Source: Escherichia phage nepoznato. From it: 64,000 nt of DNA. The first letter of the stretch is position 1, and each line of letters starts with the position of its first letter. Position numbers and translations under genes: made by a program. The DNA lies in sequence record NC_052658.1, one strand, 5' to 3'. Under the pieces are notes generated by a model, which did not search any database, had not been told where the DNA came from, and saw nothing but the letters and a program-made list of their open reading frames with translations. Shown here piece by piece: positions 62,504-64,000 of the stretch.

Positions 62504-62748
62504 TTTCTACCTCCCCATAATGCTAACATTTTATTGAAAATGGAAACGCGTCGTGCGCGAGATGCCATATCATAATTCATTCTTTCCGTCTCTGCAAGAA
62601 ATTGATCTACTGTAATCAACGCTTTTGTCTTCTCTTTCAGAGTTTGCATATTCATCCATTCACATTCAGAGTACCAATTATCGAAATACAAACTATCAAG
62701 AAGATCCATTGCTGCTTCATTCTGTTGTGGTGTGATCATTGCACACAA
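62500..62748 (-). CDS. hypothetical protein
   Basis: 82 aa ORF. Confidence 0.35.
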   Translation of the reverse strand: MCAMITPQQNEAAMDLLDSLYFDNWYSECEWMNMQTLKEKTKALITVDQFLAETERMNYDMASRARRVSIFNKMLALWGGRK

Positions 62749-62751
62749 CCT

Positions 62752-62982
62752 TTAATAAACAATTTCATATTCGTGAGGAAAGAAAACATAATCTTCTCCT
62801 TCTCGTGCATCTATCTCGTCCCAAAACCATTCCTGCACTTCCATCATCTTCGAGAATCGCACATGAGCAAGTCCACTGTATTCCACCGTAGCTTCCAGCA
62901 CAAGTGGAAATTTTGCATGTGCCAAGCCTTTATAACCACCATCATTCTCAATACGAATTTTCATGCGTTTCATGTTATGCAT
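62752..62982 (-). CDS. hypothetical protein
   Basis: 76 aa ORF. Confidence 0.35.
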   Translation of the reverse strand: MHNMKRMKIRIENDGGYKGLAHAKFPLVLEATVEYSGLAHVRFSKMMEVQEWFWDEIDAREGEDYVFFPHEYEIVY

Positions 62983-63184
62983 CCTTCAGACCCTTAATAA
63001 AGTAACGACCAACCGGATTCCCTCGGAAGTATTCGTTAATGAAATCGATAACACACGTTTCACTGCCTGTCACAACGGACGGCTTACAGTTTTGGAATTC
63101 TACAGCTACACGGCTGGCTTTAGCCAGTGCTTGCACACGTGTAGGATTAGTCAAGAACATTGTGACAGTTTTCAAATTCTTCAT
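62975..63184 (-). CDS. hypothetical protein
   Basis: 69 aa ORF. Confidence 0.35.
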   Translation of the reverse strand: MKNLKTVTMFLTNPTRVQALAKASRVAVEFQNCKPSVVTGSETCVIDFINEYFRGNPVGRYFIKGLKDA

Positions 63185-63242
63185 TTCATCTCCTCATTAA
63201 CTGTTTGTTATGCGCGGTATGCAAACTATCATACAAACATCT

Positions 63243-63617
63243 TTATTCAATGCAAGCATTATTTGCATCTTCAATTCTGTCTTTCACCCACTGAAGACGT
63301 AACGTGTTGGTATGACACGCCAAGTTTATACACTCTGAAAGGTAATCCATGCAATCTGCATTGAACGGAAGATTGTAGTCCAGCCCTGCACATGTAAATT
63401 GTTTCCTCATTTCATATTTCAAACGGTCTAACAAATGATCACGCCATCTTCTATCTTCTTCTCTAGTTGTCTCACCAACAAAATCATCTACGTAATCTAC
63501 CAGACAACCACATAAGCCACTCGTTGTGCGATTCATTGCAGGATAGTTGGCAATCCATGCTTTATAGAAGCGAAGCAATGTTGCACTACTCAACGGAACA
63601 TTTTTACTCTCTTGCAC
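63243..63617 (-). CDS. paralog family member E
   Basis: 124 aa; RFYKAWIANYP...GLCGCL...LPFNADCMDY...RLQWVKDRI. Confidence 0.45.
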   Translation of the reverse strand: MQESKNVPLSSATLLRFYKAWIANYPAMNRTTSGLCGCLVDYVDDFVGETTREEDRRWRDHLLDRLKYEMRKQFTCAGLDYNLPFNADCMDYLSECINLACHTNTLRLQWVKDRIEDANNACIE

Positions 63618-63803
63618 GATAATCTCCTCTCATCATTAGCCATCTTTCATGGCAATCATCAATCACCAACATCATACGATCAATCTTCGGCAATTACAAT
63701 CGAATTATCATAGGGGATTCCTATCAATTATCCCATATATACTGATTATTTTTGACACCCCACTCTTGTATAAAAAGTAACCCAAAATATCTACGGGGAG
63801 AGA

Positions 63804-63998
63804 TTATTTCGGGACACCCTGTTTCATGGCAATCATGGCAAGAATATCTAATAGAATCAATATCATATGGCAAAAATCATGGCGTATACGTAAGAAGTGC
63901 TTAACGCGAATTTTCGGGCCGTCAGGTCCACGCAGCGACAATTCCCAAATATCATGCGAATGAGAATAATTATCATTCGTATTCAATGACTTATGCAA
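63804..63998 (-). CDS. hypothetical protein
   Basis: 64 aa ORF at window edge inside a repeat-containing non-coding stretch; weak support. Confidence 0.25.
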   Translation of the reverse strand: MHKSLNTNDNYSHSHDIWELSLRGPDGPKIRVKHFLRIRHDFCHMILILLDILAMIAMKQGVPK

Positions 63999-64000
63999 GG

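Noticed and set aside
1-64000. CRISPR array or other long direct-repeat array
   Set aside because: No regularly spaced direct repeats were seen; recurring short elements are terminator hairpins and promoter boxes at irregular spacing.

Overview
This window looks like part of a large, AT-rich virulent tailed dsDNA phage genome (Caudoviricetes); an o-spanin with a lipobox suggests a Gram-negative host. All calls are from reading the sequence and the ORF track by eye; no searches or folding were run. Layout: (1) 1-7.9 kb, minus strand: capsid N-terminus, scaffold-like protein, portal-like protein, a terminase large subunit split in two by an HNH endonuclease insertion and apparently carrying a mini-intein in its Walker A motif, Rz/Rz1-like spanins. 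(2) 8.1-10.8 kb, minus strand: tRNA cluster with 11 canonical tRNAs plus 2 tRNA-like elements in three promoter-driven units, with an embedded HNH endonuclease. (3) 11.5-12.0 kb: AT-rich palindromic divergent control region. (4) 12.0-47.4 kb, plus strand: early/middle genes including an RNA-repair trio (metallophosphoesterase, Rnl1-like RNA ligase, Pnk-like kinase), a second ligase, RNase H/FEN, DEDD exonuclease, EndoVII-like resolvase, NrdA/NrdB, ThyX-like protein, RmlC/RmlD, T4-type lysozyme, PhoH, HslV-like peptidase, two DNA methyltransferase-like proteins, Ser/Thr phosphatase, DprA/SLOG-like protein and a Sir2-like protein. (5) 47.5-64 kb, minus strand: about 45 small genes including a resolvase-type serine recombinase and a five-member paralog family. 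I could not pin down one single novel system; the strongest candidates are the intein plus insertion in the terminase, the RmlC/RmlD pair, the serine recombinase, the two small-protein families and two genes with anomalous translation signals. Promoters recur with an extended -35 context (C)TATTGACA, and terminators recur as GC hairpins with UUCG-type loops.
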